Assembly: GCA_031414535.1 (NCBI GenBank)
Contig: JANNVQ010000024.1
Location: forward strand, 1-49,813
Direction: 5' to 3'
Origin: Gemmatimonas sp.
GTDB lineage: Bacteria; Gemmatimonadota; Gemmatimonadetes; Gemmatimonadales; Gemmatimonadaceae
DNA length: 49,813 nucleotides
A program made the position numbers and the translations under genes. Positions within the stretch are counted from its first letter, which is position 1. Each line of letters opens with the position of its first letter. The notes under the pieces are model-generated. The model saw only the letters and a list, made by a program, of their open reading frames with translations. It was not told the origin of the DNA and did not search any database. Positions 7,853 through 17,963 of this stretch are shown here, in pieces.

Positions 7853-10606
7853 ATGGCACAGGACACGCCCCCCATCGCCAGCGTCTTCAATGACGCCTAC
7901 GCCGCCGAACAATTTGAGCGCTTCCGCGAAGACCCCTCATCCGTTGAGGAGTCTTGGCGCCAGTTCTTTAAATTCGCCGAAGAAGCGCTCGGCAAATCCG
8001 CCTCCGGAGCGGGTTCGGCCGAGTACGCGCGCATCGTCGCCGCGGCCTCGCGCTACACCTCCAACATCCGCTCGTACGGACATCTCGCCGTACAGCTGGA
8101 TCCCCTAGGATCCCCGCCGCCTGGCGCCCCGGAGCTGACGACCGAATTCCACGGCATCACGGAAGCGGATCTCGAGCAGGTGTCGGGTGCCGCACTCGGC
8201 TTCCCGCATCTCGCGACGGCCAAGGACGTGGCCGAGCGCCTGCGGAAGCGCTACACGCGCAACCTCGCGGTAGAAGTCGGGCACGTGGCCTGCGAGGAAG
8301 AGCGCCAGTGGTTCCGCGAGCTCTTTACGCAGGAGCAACTCACGCGCCCGCTCACGGCTGACGAAAAGCACGCGATGCTGCGTCGGCTCACCGAGGTGGA
8401 CGGTTTCGAGCGCTTCTTGGGCCGCACCTTCGTGGGCTACAAGCGTTTCTCGGTGGAAGGCACGGATGCGCTGATCCCGATGCTCGATACCGCCATCAGC
8501 GAGAGCGCTGCGCATGGCGCGCGTCACGTCGCCATCTCGATGGCGCATCGTGGCCGCATCTCCGCGCTTGCGCACGTGATGGGCAAGCCGCTGCCACACA
8601 TCCTCGGTGAATTCCAGGGCAAGCACGGTCACCTCGCGGATTCGTCCACGGGTGACGTGAAGTACCACTTGGGTTTTGATGGCATGAAAAAGGCGGGCGA
8701 GCACAACGTGCACGTCGCGCTGATGCCGAACCCGAGCCATCTGGAGATTGTGAACCCGGTACTGACGGGCGCGGCTCGCGCACTGCAGCGTGATGAGAAC
8801 GATCGTTCCAAGCGCGACGAGTCGCGCGTGGTGCCAATCTGCATTCACGGTGACGCGGCGTTCCCGGGCGAAGGTATCGTGCCGGAGACGTTCAATCTCT
8901 CGCGTCTACGCGCGTATCGCGTGGGCGGCACGCTGCACATCATCGTCAACAACCAGATTGGCTTCACGACGAATCCCATTGATGCGCGTTCGACGCGTTA
9001 CGCGTCCGACATCGCGAAGGGCTTCGAGATGCCGATCATCCATGTGAACGCCGATGACGCCGAGGCCTGCGTCATCGCGATGCGCATTGCGGTGGCGTAT
9101 CGCACAAAGTTCCAGAAGGATTTCCTCGTGGATCTCGTGGGCTACCGCCGCTGGGGCCACAACGAAGGCGACGAGCCGACGTACACGCAGCCGTTGATGT
9201 ACGAGAAGGTGAAGGCGCATCCGACGCCGCGTCAGGTGTTTGGAGCCAAGCTCGTTGGCGAGGGACTGGTGACCGCCGAGCAGGTGGAGGCGCTGGACAA
9301 GGAAATTGCGGCGGTGTTTCAGGCGGCGTACGAGGAGTCCAAGGCGCCGGAAGCTCCGCATCATCCGCATCCGGTTGAGGCCATCACGGCCTCCGTGGCG
9401 ACGGCGGTGCCGGCGGACAAGCTACGCGCTTGGAATGAGGCGCTGCTAAGCTATCCCGGCGACTTCACGGCGCATCCGCGTCTCGCCAAGCAGCTCGAGC
9501 GTCGTCGCGAAGCCTTGGGTGGCGATGCGGCGGTTGATTGGGGCCACGCCGAGCAGATGGCCTTCGCGAGCATTCTCTCGGAAGGCACCAATATCCGGAT
9601 GTCTGGTCAGGACGTGGAGCGCGGCACGTTTTCGCATCGCCACGCGGTGTTGAACGACGCCAATACGGGCAAGAAGCACACGCCGCTTGCGCATCTGCCA
9701 GGCGCTACGGGCAAGATAGAGATCTATAACTCCGCCCTGAGCGAGATGGCGGTGTTGGGCTTTGAGTATGGCTTCAACGTGGTCGCCACGGACACGCTCT
9801 CGCTGTGGGAAGCGCAGTTCGGCGACTTCGTGAACGTTGCGCAGCCGGTCATTGACCAGTTCATCGCGTCGGACCGCGCGAAGTGGGCGCAGGACTCCGG
9901 ACTCGTGATGTTGCTGCCGCACGGCTACGAGGGACAAGGCCCGGAGCATTCGAGCGCCCGTCTTGAGCGCTTTTTGCAGATGTGCGCCGAGGGCAACATG
10001 CGCGTGGCGTATCCGAGCACGCCGGCGCAGTACTTCCATATTCTGCGTAGGCAGACCAAGGTGTCGCGTCGGCCGCTGGTGCTGATGCAGCCCAAGTCCT
10101 TGCTGCGTTTGGCGCAGGCCTCGAGCAGCATCAAGGATCTGTCGGAAGGCAACTTCCGCCCGGTCATTGATGATCCAACGGGAGCCGAGAAGCGCACGAG
10201 CGTGAAGCGCCTCATCTTCTGCACTGGCAAGGTGTACTACGACATTCTCGCGGCGGGCATTCCCGAGAGCGTGGCGGTAGTGCGCGTGGAAGAGCTCTAC
10301 CCTTGGCCGCACGAGGAAGTGGCGCGTGTGGTGGATCTGTACCCGAGCATTGATGAAGTGGCCTGGGTGCAGGAAGAACCGAAGAACATGGGTGCGTGGA
10401 CCTTCGTGGCGCCGCGCCTGCGCGTGTCCACGGGCAACGCGTTGGTCATTCGTTACTACGGCAGACCCGAGCGGGCGAGCCCGGCGGAAGGGTATCCGGC
10501 CACGCATGCGGAAGAGCAGACGCGCATCGTCTCCGATGCGCTCTCAGCACCGGTTCGACAGACGGGAGCGCGTCGCGTGACGGCGATGTCGATGAAGGCT
10601 CCATGA
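7853..10606 (+). CDS. sucA: 2-oxoglutarate dehydrogenase E1 component
   Basis: KRFSVEG, MAHRGR, GDVKYHLG, NPSHLE, HGDAAF, WEAQFGDF, LPHGYEGQGPEHSSARLERFLQ. Confidence 0.96.
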   Translation: MAQDTPPIASVFNDAYAAEQFERFREDPSSVEESWRQFFKFAEEALGKSASGAGSAEYARIVAAASRYTSNIRSYGHLAVQLDPLGSPPPGAPELTTEFHGITEADLEQVSGAALGFPHLATAKDVAERLRKRYTRNLAVEVGHVACEEERQWFRELFTQEQLTRPLTADEKHAMLRRLTEVDGFERFLGRTFVGYKRFSVEGTDALIPMLDTAISESAAHGARHVAISMAHRGRISALAHVMGKPLPHILGEFQGKHGHLADSSTGDVKYHLGFDGMKKAGEHNVHVALMPNPSHLEIVNPVLTGAARALQRDENDRSKRDESRVVPICIHGDAAFPGEGIVPETFNLSRLRAYRVGGTLHIIVNNQIGFTTNPIDARSTRYASDIAKGFEMPIIHVNADDAEACVIAMRIAVAYRTKFQKDFLVDLVGYRRWGHNEGDEPTYTQPLMYEKVKAHPTPRQVFGAKLVGEGLVTAEQVEALDKEIAAVFQAAYEESKAPEAPHHPHPVEAITASVATAVPADKLRAWNEALLSYPGDFTAHPRLAKQLERRREALGGDAAVDWGHAEQMAFASILSEGTNIRMSGQDVERGTFSHRHAVLNDANTGKKHTPLAHLPGATGKIEIYNSALSEMAVLGFEYGFNVVATDTLSLWEAQFGDFVNVAQPVIDQFIASDRAKWAQDSGLVMLLPHGYEGQGPEHSSARLERFLQMCAEGNMRVAYPSTPAQYFHILRRQTKVSRRPLVLMQPKSLLRLAQASSSIKDLSEGNFRPVIDDPTGAEKRTSVKRLIFCTGKVYYDILAAGIPESVAVVRVEELYPWPHEEVARVVDLYPSIDEVAWVQEEPKNMGAWTFVAPRLRVSTGNALVIRYYGRPERASPAEGYPATHAEEQTRIVSDALSAPVRQTGARRVTAMSMKAP

Positions 10607-13281
10607 ACGTGACGCGACTGCGGCGCGGCGTATCAGCCGCGCTCGCGCTCGCGGTGATGTGCGCGCCGCGCCTCGCCCTTGGGCAAGAGCGCGGCGCGGC
10701 TGCGTTGGACCAGCTCCTGCGTGGCATCACCGTGACGGGGCGTGTGCTGATGGTCGCGGCGCATCCCGATGACGAAGACACGAACCTGCTCGCGCAGCTG
10801 GTGCGCGGACATCAGGTGCAGGCGGCGTACCTCTCGCTCACGCGTGGGGACGGCGGGCAGAACTTGATTGGTAGCGAACTCGGTGAATCACTGGGTGCCA
10901 TTCGTACGGAAGAGCTGCTGGCTGCTCGCCGCGTGGATGGGGCGCAGCAATACTTCACGCGGGCCTACGACTTCGGTTTCTCCAAGAACGCCGAGGAGAC
11001 GTTCACGCAGTGGGATCGCGAAACGATACTCGGCGATGTGGTTCGAGTCGTGCGCGCATTCAAGCCGCATGTGGTGGTGGCAGTGTTCAGTGGTACGCGT
11101 GCTGACGGGCACGGACACCACGAGGCGAGCGGAATTCTCGCGCGCGAAGCCTTCGAGCTTGCGATGGATACATTGCGGTTTCCGGTTGCGACGCACGGCA
11201 TGCCGTGGACGCCGAGCAAGTTTTATCGCGGGGCCTGGGCACGGAATCGCCCGGCGACGATGTCTCTCGAGGTGGGTGACTACGACCCGGTGCTCGGACG
11301 GAGCGCGGCGGAGATTGCCGGTGAGAGCCGCTCGCAGCATCGCTCGCAAGGCTTTGGCGTTGTGCAGCGGCGCGGTGCCACGCAAACACGAGTGACGCGA
11401 GAGCTGACGCGTGTGAATGAGCGCACGCCAGCGGATTCCGAGCGCTCGCTGTTTGATGGCATTGACACCTCGTTTGCGCGCTTGGGGGGACTTGGCGGTG
11501 ACAGAGGCCGAGCACTGCTCACCTTGCCAGCGCGACTGGACTCGCTGCGCCGCGTCCTTGATTTGCGCGCACCCGGAGCCATCGTGCCGGGGCTGTCGCG
11601 CCTCGTGTCAATGCTCGAATACACGCGAGTCGCCGTGCCGCGTTGCCAACTCGTGCCTGTGACGCGCTACCCCGGCGTCACCGGTCCGCCGGTGGTCTGC
11701 GACGCGGAGACACGCGAACTGGATGCCGCTCTTGAGACTGTTCTCGCGCGTGCCCGTGCGGCACTCGCCGAGGCGGCGGGCGTCTTGATTGAAGCCACGG
11801 CCCAGCAGGAACTCGTCGCCTTCGGTGACTCGCTGTCCGTGCGCATCAACGTCTACAACCGCGGCACGCAGGCACTCGAATTACGTTCGCTGACGATGAC
11901 GGGCGCGCGACCCGTGACGTTTGAGACGCCAATCGCCGTCGCAGCAGGACGCGACACCACGCTCAGCGCGTGGGTCGTGGGCCTCGTGGATTCACGACCG
12001 TGGTGGGTAGGCACGCGCCAAGGTTCGGCGCTGTTCCGCGATCAGCAGTCGCCGGCCGATGGCTTGGCGCGCGTGTCGGCGGGCGTTGGACTTGAGATGA
12101 TTCCGAGCGTCAGTGTCGCTGAAGACACTCGACGCGTGACGGACTTGAAAGTAGGCGTGCTGATTGCGGGTGGAGCAGCGAACCTCGACGTGGGCGAAAT
12201 CATCTACCGCTTTGCCGACCCCGTGCTCGGCGAGCAGAACCGTCCGGTGGGTGGCGTACCGCCCATCACCATCGCGCTCGATCGTACGCTTGAGTACATG
12301 CGTGCCAACACGCAACTCGAGCGCCGTATGCGCGTGACGGTTCGCTCGCACACGACGCGGCCGCGCACGCTGCGGTTCCGCTCGCTAGTGCCGCCGGGCG
12401 TCCGCCTCGGTGGGCTCCCAGACTCCATCGTGTTGGCAGCAGGCGAGTCCCGAGAGCTCTACGCCACGCTGACTGGCCGTCTGGCAGCGGGGCGTCACGA
12501 GTTTGGCATTGGCGCCGAGAGCGAAGGTACGGTCTTCGTCGAGGGCTTCAGCAGCATTGAGTATCCGCACATTCGTCCGCAGCGGATGTATCGTCAGTCC
12601 GCCGCGTACTTGCAGGCGGTGCCGGTGAACGTGCCACGCGCTCTCCGTGTGGCCTACGTACGCGGTGTGTCGGACGCCATTTCGCCGATCCTCACTCAGC
12701 TCGACATTCCGCTCACGGTGATTGATCCGTCGCAGATCTCGCTCCTGGACCTCTCGATCTACACCACGGTGGTCATTGGCCCGCGCGCGTACGAGACCAG
12801 CGAGGAACTTCGGGCGGCCAATCCCCGATTGTTTGAATGGGTGCATGGCGGCGGAACGCTCGTGGTGCAATACGGGCAGTTTGAGATGGCGCAGCCTGGC
12901 ATGATGCCGCGCCCCGTACAGTACACCCGCCCCGCCGCACGCGTGACGCTTGAAGGCGCTCCGGTTCGCATTCTGGACGCACAAAGCAAGCTGTTGCGTT
13001 GGCCCAACCGCATCACTGACGCTGATTGGACTGACTGGGTGCAGGAGCGCGCCCTCTATATGCCGAGCACGATTGATTCGCTGTACCGCACACCGATTGC
13101 CATGAACGATCCCGAAGAGCCCGAGCAGCGTGGAGCCATTCTCGATCTCCCGCTCGGCCGCGGACGCTATGTGTACACATCACTCTCGCTCTTCCGTCAG
13201 CTTCCGGCTGGTGTTCCTGGGAGTGCGCGACTGTTCGTGAACTTGCTGTCGGCAGGACTTCCTGTGGAGGCTACGCCGTGA
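10603..13281 (+). CDS. Secreted PIG-L/LmbE family deacetylase with C-terminal accessory domains
   Basis: ATG overlaps the sucA stop (ATGA); signal peptide; AHPDDE, TRGDGGQN, DFGFSK, HGHH. Confidence 0.88.
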   Translation: MNVTRLRRGVSAALALAVMCAPRLALGQERGAAALDQLLRGITVTGRVLMVAAHPDDEDTNLLAQLVRGHQVQAAYLSLTRGDGGQNLIGSELGESLGAIRTEELLAARRVDGAQQYFTRAYDFGFSKNAEETFTQWDRETILGDVVRVVRAFKPHVVVAVFSGTRADGHGHHEASGILAREAFELAMDTLRFPVATHGMPWTPSKFYRGAWARNRPATMSLEVGDYDPVLGRSAAEIAGESRSQHRSQGFGVVQRRGATQTRVTRELTRVNERTPADSERSLFDGIDTSFARLGGLGGDRGRALLTLPARLDSLRRVLDLRAPGAIVPGLSRLVSMLEYTRVAVPRCQLVPVTRYPGVTGPPVVCDAETRELDAALETVLARARAALAEAAGVLIEATAQQELVAFGDSLSVRINVYNRGTQALELRSLTMTGARPVTFETPIAVAAGRDTTLSAWVVGLVDSRPWWVGTRQGSALFRDQQSPADGLARVSAGVGLEMIPSVSVAEDTRRVTDLKVGVLIAGGAANLDVGEIIYRFADPVLGEQNRPVGGVPPITIALDRTLEYMRANTQLERRMRVTVRSHTTRPRTLRFRSLVPPGVRLGGLPDSIVLAAGESRELYATLTGRLAAGRHEFGIGAESEGTVFVEGFSSIEYPHIRPQRMYRQSAAYLQAVPVNVPRALRVAYVRGVSDAISPILTQLDIPLTVIDPSQISLLDLSIYTTVVIGPRAYETSEELRAANPRLFEWVHGGGTLVVQYGQFEMAQPGMMPRPVQYTRPAARVTLEGAPVRILDAQSKLLRWPNRITDADWTDWVQERALYMPSTIDSLYRTPIAMNDPEEPEQRGAILDLPLGRGRYVYTSLSLFRQLPAGVPGSARLFVNLLSAGLPVEATP

Positions 13282-14606
13282 GCAACAAGAAAGCACGTGT
13301 TGTTATCATCGGTGGCGGGTTCGGGGGATTGAATGCCGCGCGTGCGCTCGCGAGTGCCGACCTCGAAGTGATGTTGATTGACCGCACGAACCATCACCTG
13401 TTTCAGCCGCTCCTCTATCAGGTGGCGACAACGTCGTTGGCGCCAAGTGACATCACGGCGCCGATTCGCTGGATTCTCCGCGACCAGAAGAACGTGACAA
13501 CGCTCTTGGGAACGGTGGAGAAGATTGAGCGCCGCAATCGCGCCATTCGCGTGGTGGGCGAACCGGAACCGGTGCACTACGACTATTTGATCGTGGCACC
13601 GGGAACGCGGCACTCGTACTTCGGCAACGATGAGTGGGAGCGCTGGGCGCCGGGCCTCAAGAGCGTCGAGGACGCGCGTCGCATCCGTAAGCGTTTCTTG
13701 CTGGCATTCGAGCGCGCCGAGTGGGAAGACGATGTGGCGGCGCGTCGCGCGCTGTTGACCTTTGTGGTGGTGGGCGGCGGTCCGACGGGCGTGGAGCTCG
13801 CTGGCGTGTTACCAGAGATGTGTCGCGTGGCTTTCCGTCCTGACTTCCGGCGCATTGATACGTCGATGGTGCGCGTGATTCTGCTCGAGGGCGGGCCGCG
13901 CATCCTGCCGGCCTTCCCGGAGCGGTTGTCTGAGCGCGCCAAGCAAGATCTTGAGAAGCTCGGTGTGGAGGTGCGTGTGAACACGATGGTGACGAACATC
14001 GTGGAACATGGCGTGCATATCGGGAATGAGTTCATCCCAACGGAGTCGGTGTTCTGGGCGGCGGGTAATGCGGCGTCTCCGTTGGTGCGCACGCTCGATG
14101 TGCCGCTCGACAAGGTCGGGCGTGTGTTAGTGGAGCAGACCCTGAACGTGCCGGACGATCCGCGCGTGTACGTCATTGGCGATGTGGCGGCGGTGCACCA
14201 ACCTGATGGTCGCTGGGTGCCGGGTGTCGCGCCGGCGGCGAACCAGATGGGGAAGTGGGCGGCGCGCAACATTCTTCGCCACATCGAGGGAGAGCCGCTT
14301 GAGCCCTTCCTCTACACCAACAAGGGCGACCTCGCGACCATTGGTCGTCATAAGGCGGTGGCGAGCTTCTTTGATGGGAAGCTGCAGTTCCGCGGATACA
14401 TCGCGTGGTTCCTGTGGCTCTTCGTGCACATTGCGTACCTCGTCGGCTTCCGCAATCGCATCAGCGTGCTGCTGCAGTGGGCGTACAACTACATCTTCTT
14501 CGAGCGCGGCGTGCGGTTGATCACAGAGACGGAAGACGCATCAATGTCTCGGCATCCGGCGACGCAGGGGCGCACGGGGGAGTTTCACGCGCGGTCAGGC
14601 ACTTAG
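13278..14606 (+). CDS. ndh: Type II NADH:quinone oxidoreductase
   Basis: IIGGGFGG, HLFQPLLYQVAT, VVGGGPTGVELAG, KGDLATIGR, AWFLWLFVHI. Confidence 0.9.
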   Translation: MSNKKARVVIIGGGFGGLNAARALASADLEVMLIDRTNHHLFQPLLYQVATTSLAPSDITAPIRWILRDQKNVTTLLGTVEKIERRNRAIRVVGEPEPVHYDYLIVAPGTRHSYFGNDEWERWAPGLKSVEDARRIRKRFLLAFERAEWEDDVAARRALLTFVVVGGGPTGVELAGVLPEMCRVAFRPDFRRIDTSMVRVILLEGGPRILPAFPERLSERAKQDLEKLGVEVRVNTMVTNIVEHGVHIGNEFIPTESVFWAAGNAASPLVRTLDVPLDKVGRVLVEQTLNVPDDPRVYVIGDVAAVHQPDGRWVPGVAPAANQMGKWAARNILRHIEGEPLEPFLYTNKGDLATIGRHKAVASFFDGKLQFRGYIAWFLWLFVHIAYLVGFRNRISVLLQWAYNYIFFERGVRLITETEDASMSRHPATQGRTGEFHARSGT

Positions 14607-14620
14607 GACTGCAGCTGCAA

Positions 14621-14759
14621 TCACCACGGAGACACAGAGGCACGGAGACTGCAGGAGCAGAAAACTTGGGGGCTCGCGCCGGAAATTTCGTTGCGAGCCC
14701 CCTCCTTTCGTCGTCGTGCTGGCAGTTGAAGTCTCCGTGACTCCGTGCCTCCGTGGTGA
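14621..14759. repeat. Gene-less octamer inverted-repeat cassette (same arms as the GxxExxY element)
   Basis: Left TCACCACGGAGACACAGAGGCACGGAGACT (14621-14650) vs reverse complement of 14730-14759, TCACCACGGAGGCACGGAGTCACGGAGACT (27/30); inner hairpin GGGGGCTCGC...GCGAGCCCCC (14668-14702). Confidence 0.9.
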
Positions 14760-14800
14760 ATCGCAGTTCGCTGTGCCGCCGCGAACTAGGCCGCCGCAAA

Positions 14801-16015
14801 CTAGGCCGCCGCGGGCTCGTAGCCTGGGATGTGCTTCTCGATTCCCAGCCCGAGGAAGATTGTAAACCCGGCGAGCGCCGCACCGGTGAAGAACGGCACA
14901 CCGGTCCCGAAGTAGTCAAAGGCGAAGCCCGCCCAGAGCGGTCCCACGACTCGGGCCATGCCACCGAAGGTCTGCTGCACACCCATGTACAGGCCGCGCT
15001 CGTGATTCGGGATCACCTGTGAGAGCATCCCCGTCACGCAGGGGAAGGTGAAGGCTGTGCCGAGCGGGATGAGAAAGATGGCGAGCGCGAGCGAGGTCAG
15101 GTTGGTGGTGAACGGTATCGCCAGCATGCCGAGCATGAGGAATGCACCACCGTACCGTGAGAGCCGCGGTTCTCGGTAGCGATCGACCAAGGGCCCGAGG
15201 AACAAGGCGCGTGTCAGCACCGAGAGTACGCCGATGTAGACGAAGACCCAACCGATTGTGGTTTCGTCGATGCCGTGCCGCTCCGCGAGGAAGAGCGCGA
15301 GGATCGCCGTCATCCCTTGGAAGGCACCCATGCCGATGGCGTAGATCCAAATCAGTCGGCTCGCTGGCAGCGCCGGATGCGTCGTGACGCGGAGCAGTGT
15401 CTCTCTTGAACCAGAAATCTTCGGACGGTCGGCTGTCTTGACGCCGGCGTGCTCATTGCTTTCGGTGAGATACTTCCACGCGAAGCCCACGTTCACCAGC
15501 GTAATCATCGCGGCGATGAGGCCCGGCCACTGCGAACCATAGCGCGCAGAGAACGAACCAATCGCTGGGCCAAGTGCCACACCGGCGTTTGTCGCTGCCG
15601 AGAGCCATCCCAATGCCTTGGCGCGATTCTGGGGCTCGGTGGCATCGGCCACATAGGCCTGGATGACGCCCACGGTGCCGCCCCCAGCGCCCTGCACGAT
15701 GCGCGAGAGAAACAGTAGCTCCAGCGATCCCGCAAACGCGAACACCACATACGCGATGCCTGAGCTCGCGAGCCCAATCAAGAGAGCGGGGCGACGGCCA
15801 TAGCGATCGGAGACGCGGCCCCAGAGCGGCGCGCTCACCAACTGCGCGATGGCGAAGCTCGAGACGAGTAGCGCGATGACGCTGCCCTCGCCGCCAAGTC
15901 CAATGGAATCGAGCGCGTTCCACAGCGGGCCGTGGCCCACGAAGCGCTGTGCGTAGAACGGGAGCAAGGGGAGCACCATCAGGAGCCCCACCATGTCCAC
16001 GAACGCCGTCACCAT
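14801..16015 (-). CDS. MFS transporter (TetA/DHA1-like)
   Basis: ~12 TM; motif A GRVSDRYGRRP; true start may lie slightly upstream (CTG at 16057). Confidence 0.88.
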   Translation of the reverse strand: MVTAFVDMVGLLMVLPLLPFYAQRFVGHGPLWNALDSIGLGGEGSVIALLVSSFAIAQLVSAPLWGRVSDRYGRRPALLIGLASSGIAYVVFAFAGSLELLFLSRIVQGAGGGTVGVIQAYVADATEPQNRAKALGWLSAATNAGVALGPAIGSFSARYGSQWPGLIAAMITLVNVGFAWKYLTESNEHAGVKTADRPKISGSRETLLRVTTHPALPASRLIWIYAIGMGAFQGMTAILALFLAERHGIDETTIGWVFVYIGVLSVLTRALFLGPLVDRYREPRLSRYGGAFLMLGMLAIPFTTNLTSLALAIFLIPLGTAFTFPCVTGMLSQVIPNHERGLYMGVQQTFGGMARVVGPLWAGFAFDYFGTGVPFFTGAALAGFTIFLGLGIEKHIPGYEPAAA

Positions 16016-16177
16016 CAGAACTACGAGCTTGCCCAGTTTCCCTTCCGGATTACGCAGACCGGAGCGATGCGCTCATCGGCGACAGGTAAAGTAACACGGC
16101 GGCTAGTAAATTCGGGTTCTATTCGGTATGGTCGATTGCCCTCTGGCTCGCACCCTCCGCAGGCGTAACTTCCCGAT

Positions 16178-16954
16178 GTGCTAGAAAAGCTGGGGAAGGG
16201 GCTCCGCATGGGGCTCGGAACGATTGGCACGGCGAGCCGCCTCACAGCGGAATCGGCGCGCGCGTTGCGTGACGTCAGCACGTGGCGCCCAAATTTTGCG
16301 CAGCAAGCTCGGCAGCTCGGTGTGGACTCCATTCCGATCGGGATTCTCATCGCTGGCTTCACAGGCATCGTGCTGGCGCTGCTCGCCAGCTACTCGTTCA
16401 CCGGCGCAGTCCCGAGATACCTCGTCGGCACGCTGGTGCAGAAGACCATCATGTTGGAATTGGCACCGGTGCTCACGGGCCTCGCGTTGGCGGGGCGGGT
16501 GGGCGCGAACATCGCAGCGGAGATCGGGACGATGCGGGTGACCGAGCAGATTGATGCCCTAGAGACTCTGGGCTATGACCCCGTGGCCTACCTCGTCGTC
16601 CCTCGGGTACTGGCAGGCGTGCTGATGTTCCCAGTGGTGGTCGGCGCGGCGATGGCCGTGGGAATGGTTGCAGGCTGGCTATGTTCGCTCTTGCTCTTGC
16701 AACTGTCCACGCCGGAGTTCTTGAAAGGCGTGCGTCTGTTCTTCGATACCTTCGATGTGCGGTACGGGCTCGTGAAGTCCGCGAGCTTCGGATTTGCAGT
16801 GACAATCCTCGCGTCTGCGGCGGGACTGCGCACGCGCGGCGGCGCGCAGGGCGTGGGTGGAGCGGCGACTCGCGCAGTAGTGCAGTCCTGCGTGATGATC
16901 CTCGTGCTCGACGCGTTCTGGGCCATGGTGTGGTTACTCGGGAGAGCACGATGA
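16178..16954 (+). CDS. mlaE: MlaE family ABC transporter permease
   Basis: ELAPVLTGL, GANIAAEIGTMRVTEQIDALETLG, LVVPRV, GVGGAATRAVV. Confidence 0.9.
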   Translation: MLEKLGKGLRMGLGTIGTASRLTAESARALRDVSTWRPNFAQQARQLGVDSIPIGILIAGFTGIVLALLASYSFTGAVPRYLVGTLVQKTIMLELAPVLTGLALAGRVGANIAAEIGTMRVTEQIDALETLGYDPVAYLVVPRVLAGVLMFPVVVGAAMAVGMVAGWLCSLLLLQLSTPEFLKGVRLFFDTFDVRYGLVKSASFGFAVTILASAAGLRTRGGAQGVGGAATRAVVQSCVMILVLDAFWAMVWLLGRAR

Positions 16955-17961
16955 GTAAGCGAAGAGGTGACTGGATCGTCGGCGCGGTCGTGCTCGGCAC
17001 GATGCTCGTACTCATTGCCGGCACGATGTTCCTGCAACAAACGGAATTCGGAGGGCGGCGCACGTCAGTGACGGCACGCTTCCGCGACGTCGGCAACATG
17101 CAGGTGGGCAATGGCGTGGTGATTCGCGGCGTGAACGCAGGCCGCGTCGAACGTCTCGCGCTCGCTGATGGCGGTTGGGTGACGGTGGAGATGAAGCTCA
17201 ACGACGGCATTGATCTCCCTCAAGATCCGGTAGTCTTGATTCAGGCGGCCACGCTCTTTGGCGAATGGCAGGCTGTAATCACGCGTCGCGGTGCGGCGCC
17301 GTCTATCCGTGAAGTGGCCATGCAACTTGAGGATACCATTGCGGCGCCACCCGCTACGCTTCCAGGAGCGGTGCTCCCAGACATCGCACAGCTGACCTCC
17401 GTGGCCGGCGGCATCGCCGGCAACGTAGCATCGGTCGCCGAGCGCGTACGCTTAGCCTTCGACGACAGTGCGGCGCGCGAGTTGCGCGGCACCATCCGAA
17501 ACTTCAACTCGATGTCCACGCAGCTGACGGCGACGGTGCGCACGCAGTCTCGCAACCTGGATTCCGTGGCCACTGATGTGCGATTGGGCGCCCGCGAACT
17601 CTCGACGGGCATGTTGGCCTTTCAGCGCAGTGTCTCTCGCCTCGACTCCGCCACCTCGCGCGGTGAGGTGGAGCGCATTATTGGCGAGACGCAGCAGGCC
17701 GCCATCAACTTGCGAGCCATCAGTGAACGCCTCGCCAGCATGTCCATATCGCTGGAGCGCTCGGAGGTTTCGCTCCGCGGTGCCCTTGGGAAGGCTGACA
17801 CGGTCCTCGGCCGGATTGAGCGCGGCGAAGGCTCCCTTGGCCTGCTCGTGAACGATCCATCTCTGTACAGGAATTCGGACTCGCTGATGGTGGACCTCCG
17901 CTCACTGATTGCAGATTTCCGACGGAACCCCAAGCGCTACGTGAATCTCAGTATCTTCTGA
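16951..17961 (+). CDS. MlaD/MCE family protein
   Basis: ATG overlaps the mlaE stop; N-terminal TM, MCE motif (GNGVVIRGVNAGRV), helical region, C-terminal GSLGLLVNDPSLY...NPKRYV. Confidence 0.85.
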   Translation: MSKRRGDWIVGAVVLGTMLVLIAGTMFLQQTEFGGRRTSVTARFRDVGNMQVGNGVVIRGVNAGRVERLALADGGWVTVEMKLNDGIDLPQDPVVLIQAATLFGEWQAVITRRGAAPSIREVAMQLEDTIAAPPATLPGAVLPDIAQLTSVAGGIAGNVASVAERVRLAFDDSAARELRGTIRNFNSMSTQLTATVRTQSRNLDSVATDVRLGARELSTGMLAFQRSVSRLDSATSRGEVERIIGETQQAAINLRAISERLASMSISLERSEVSLRGALGKADTVLGRIERGEGSLGLLVNDPSLYRNSDSLMVDLRSLIADFRRNPKRYVNLSIF

Positions 17962-17963
17962 GT

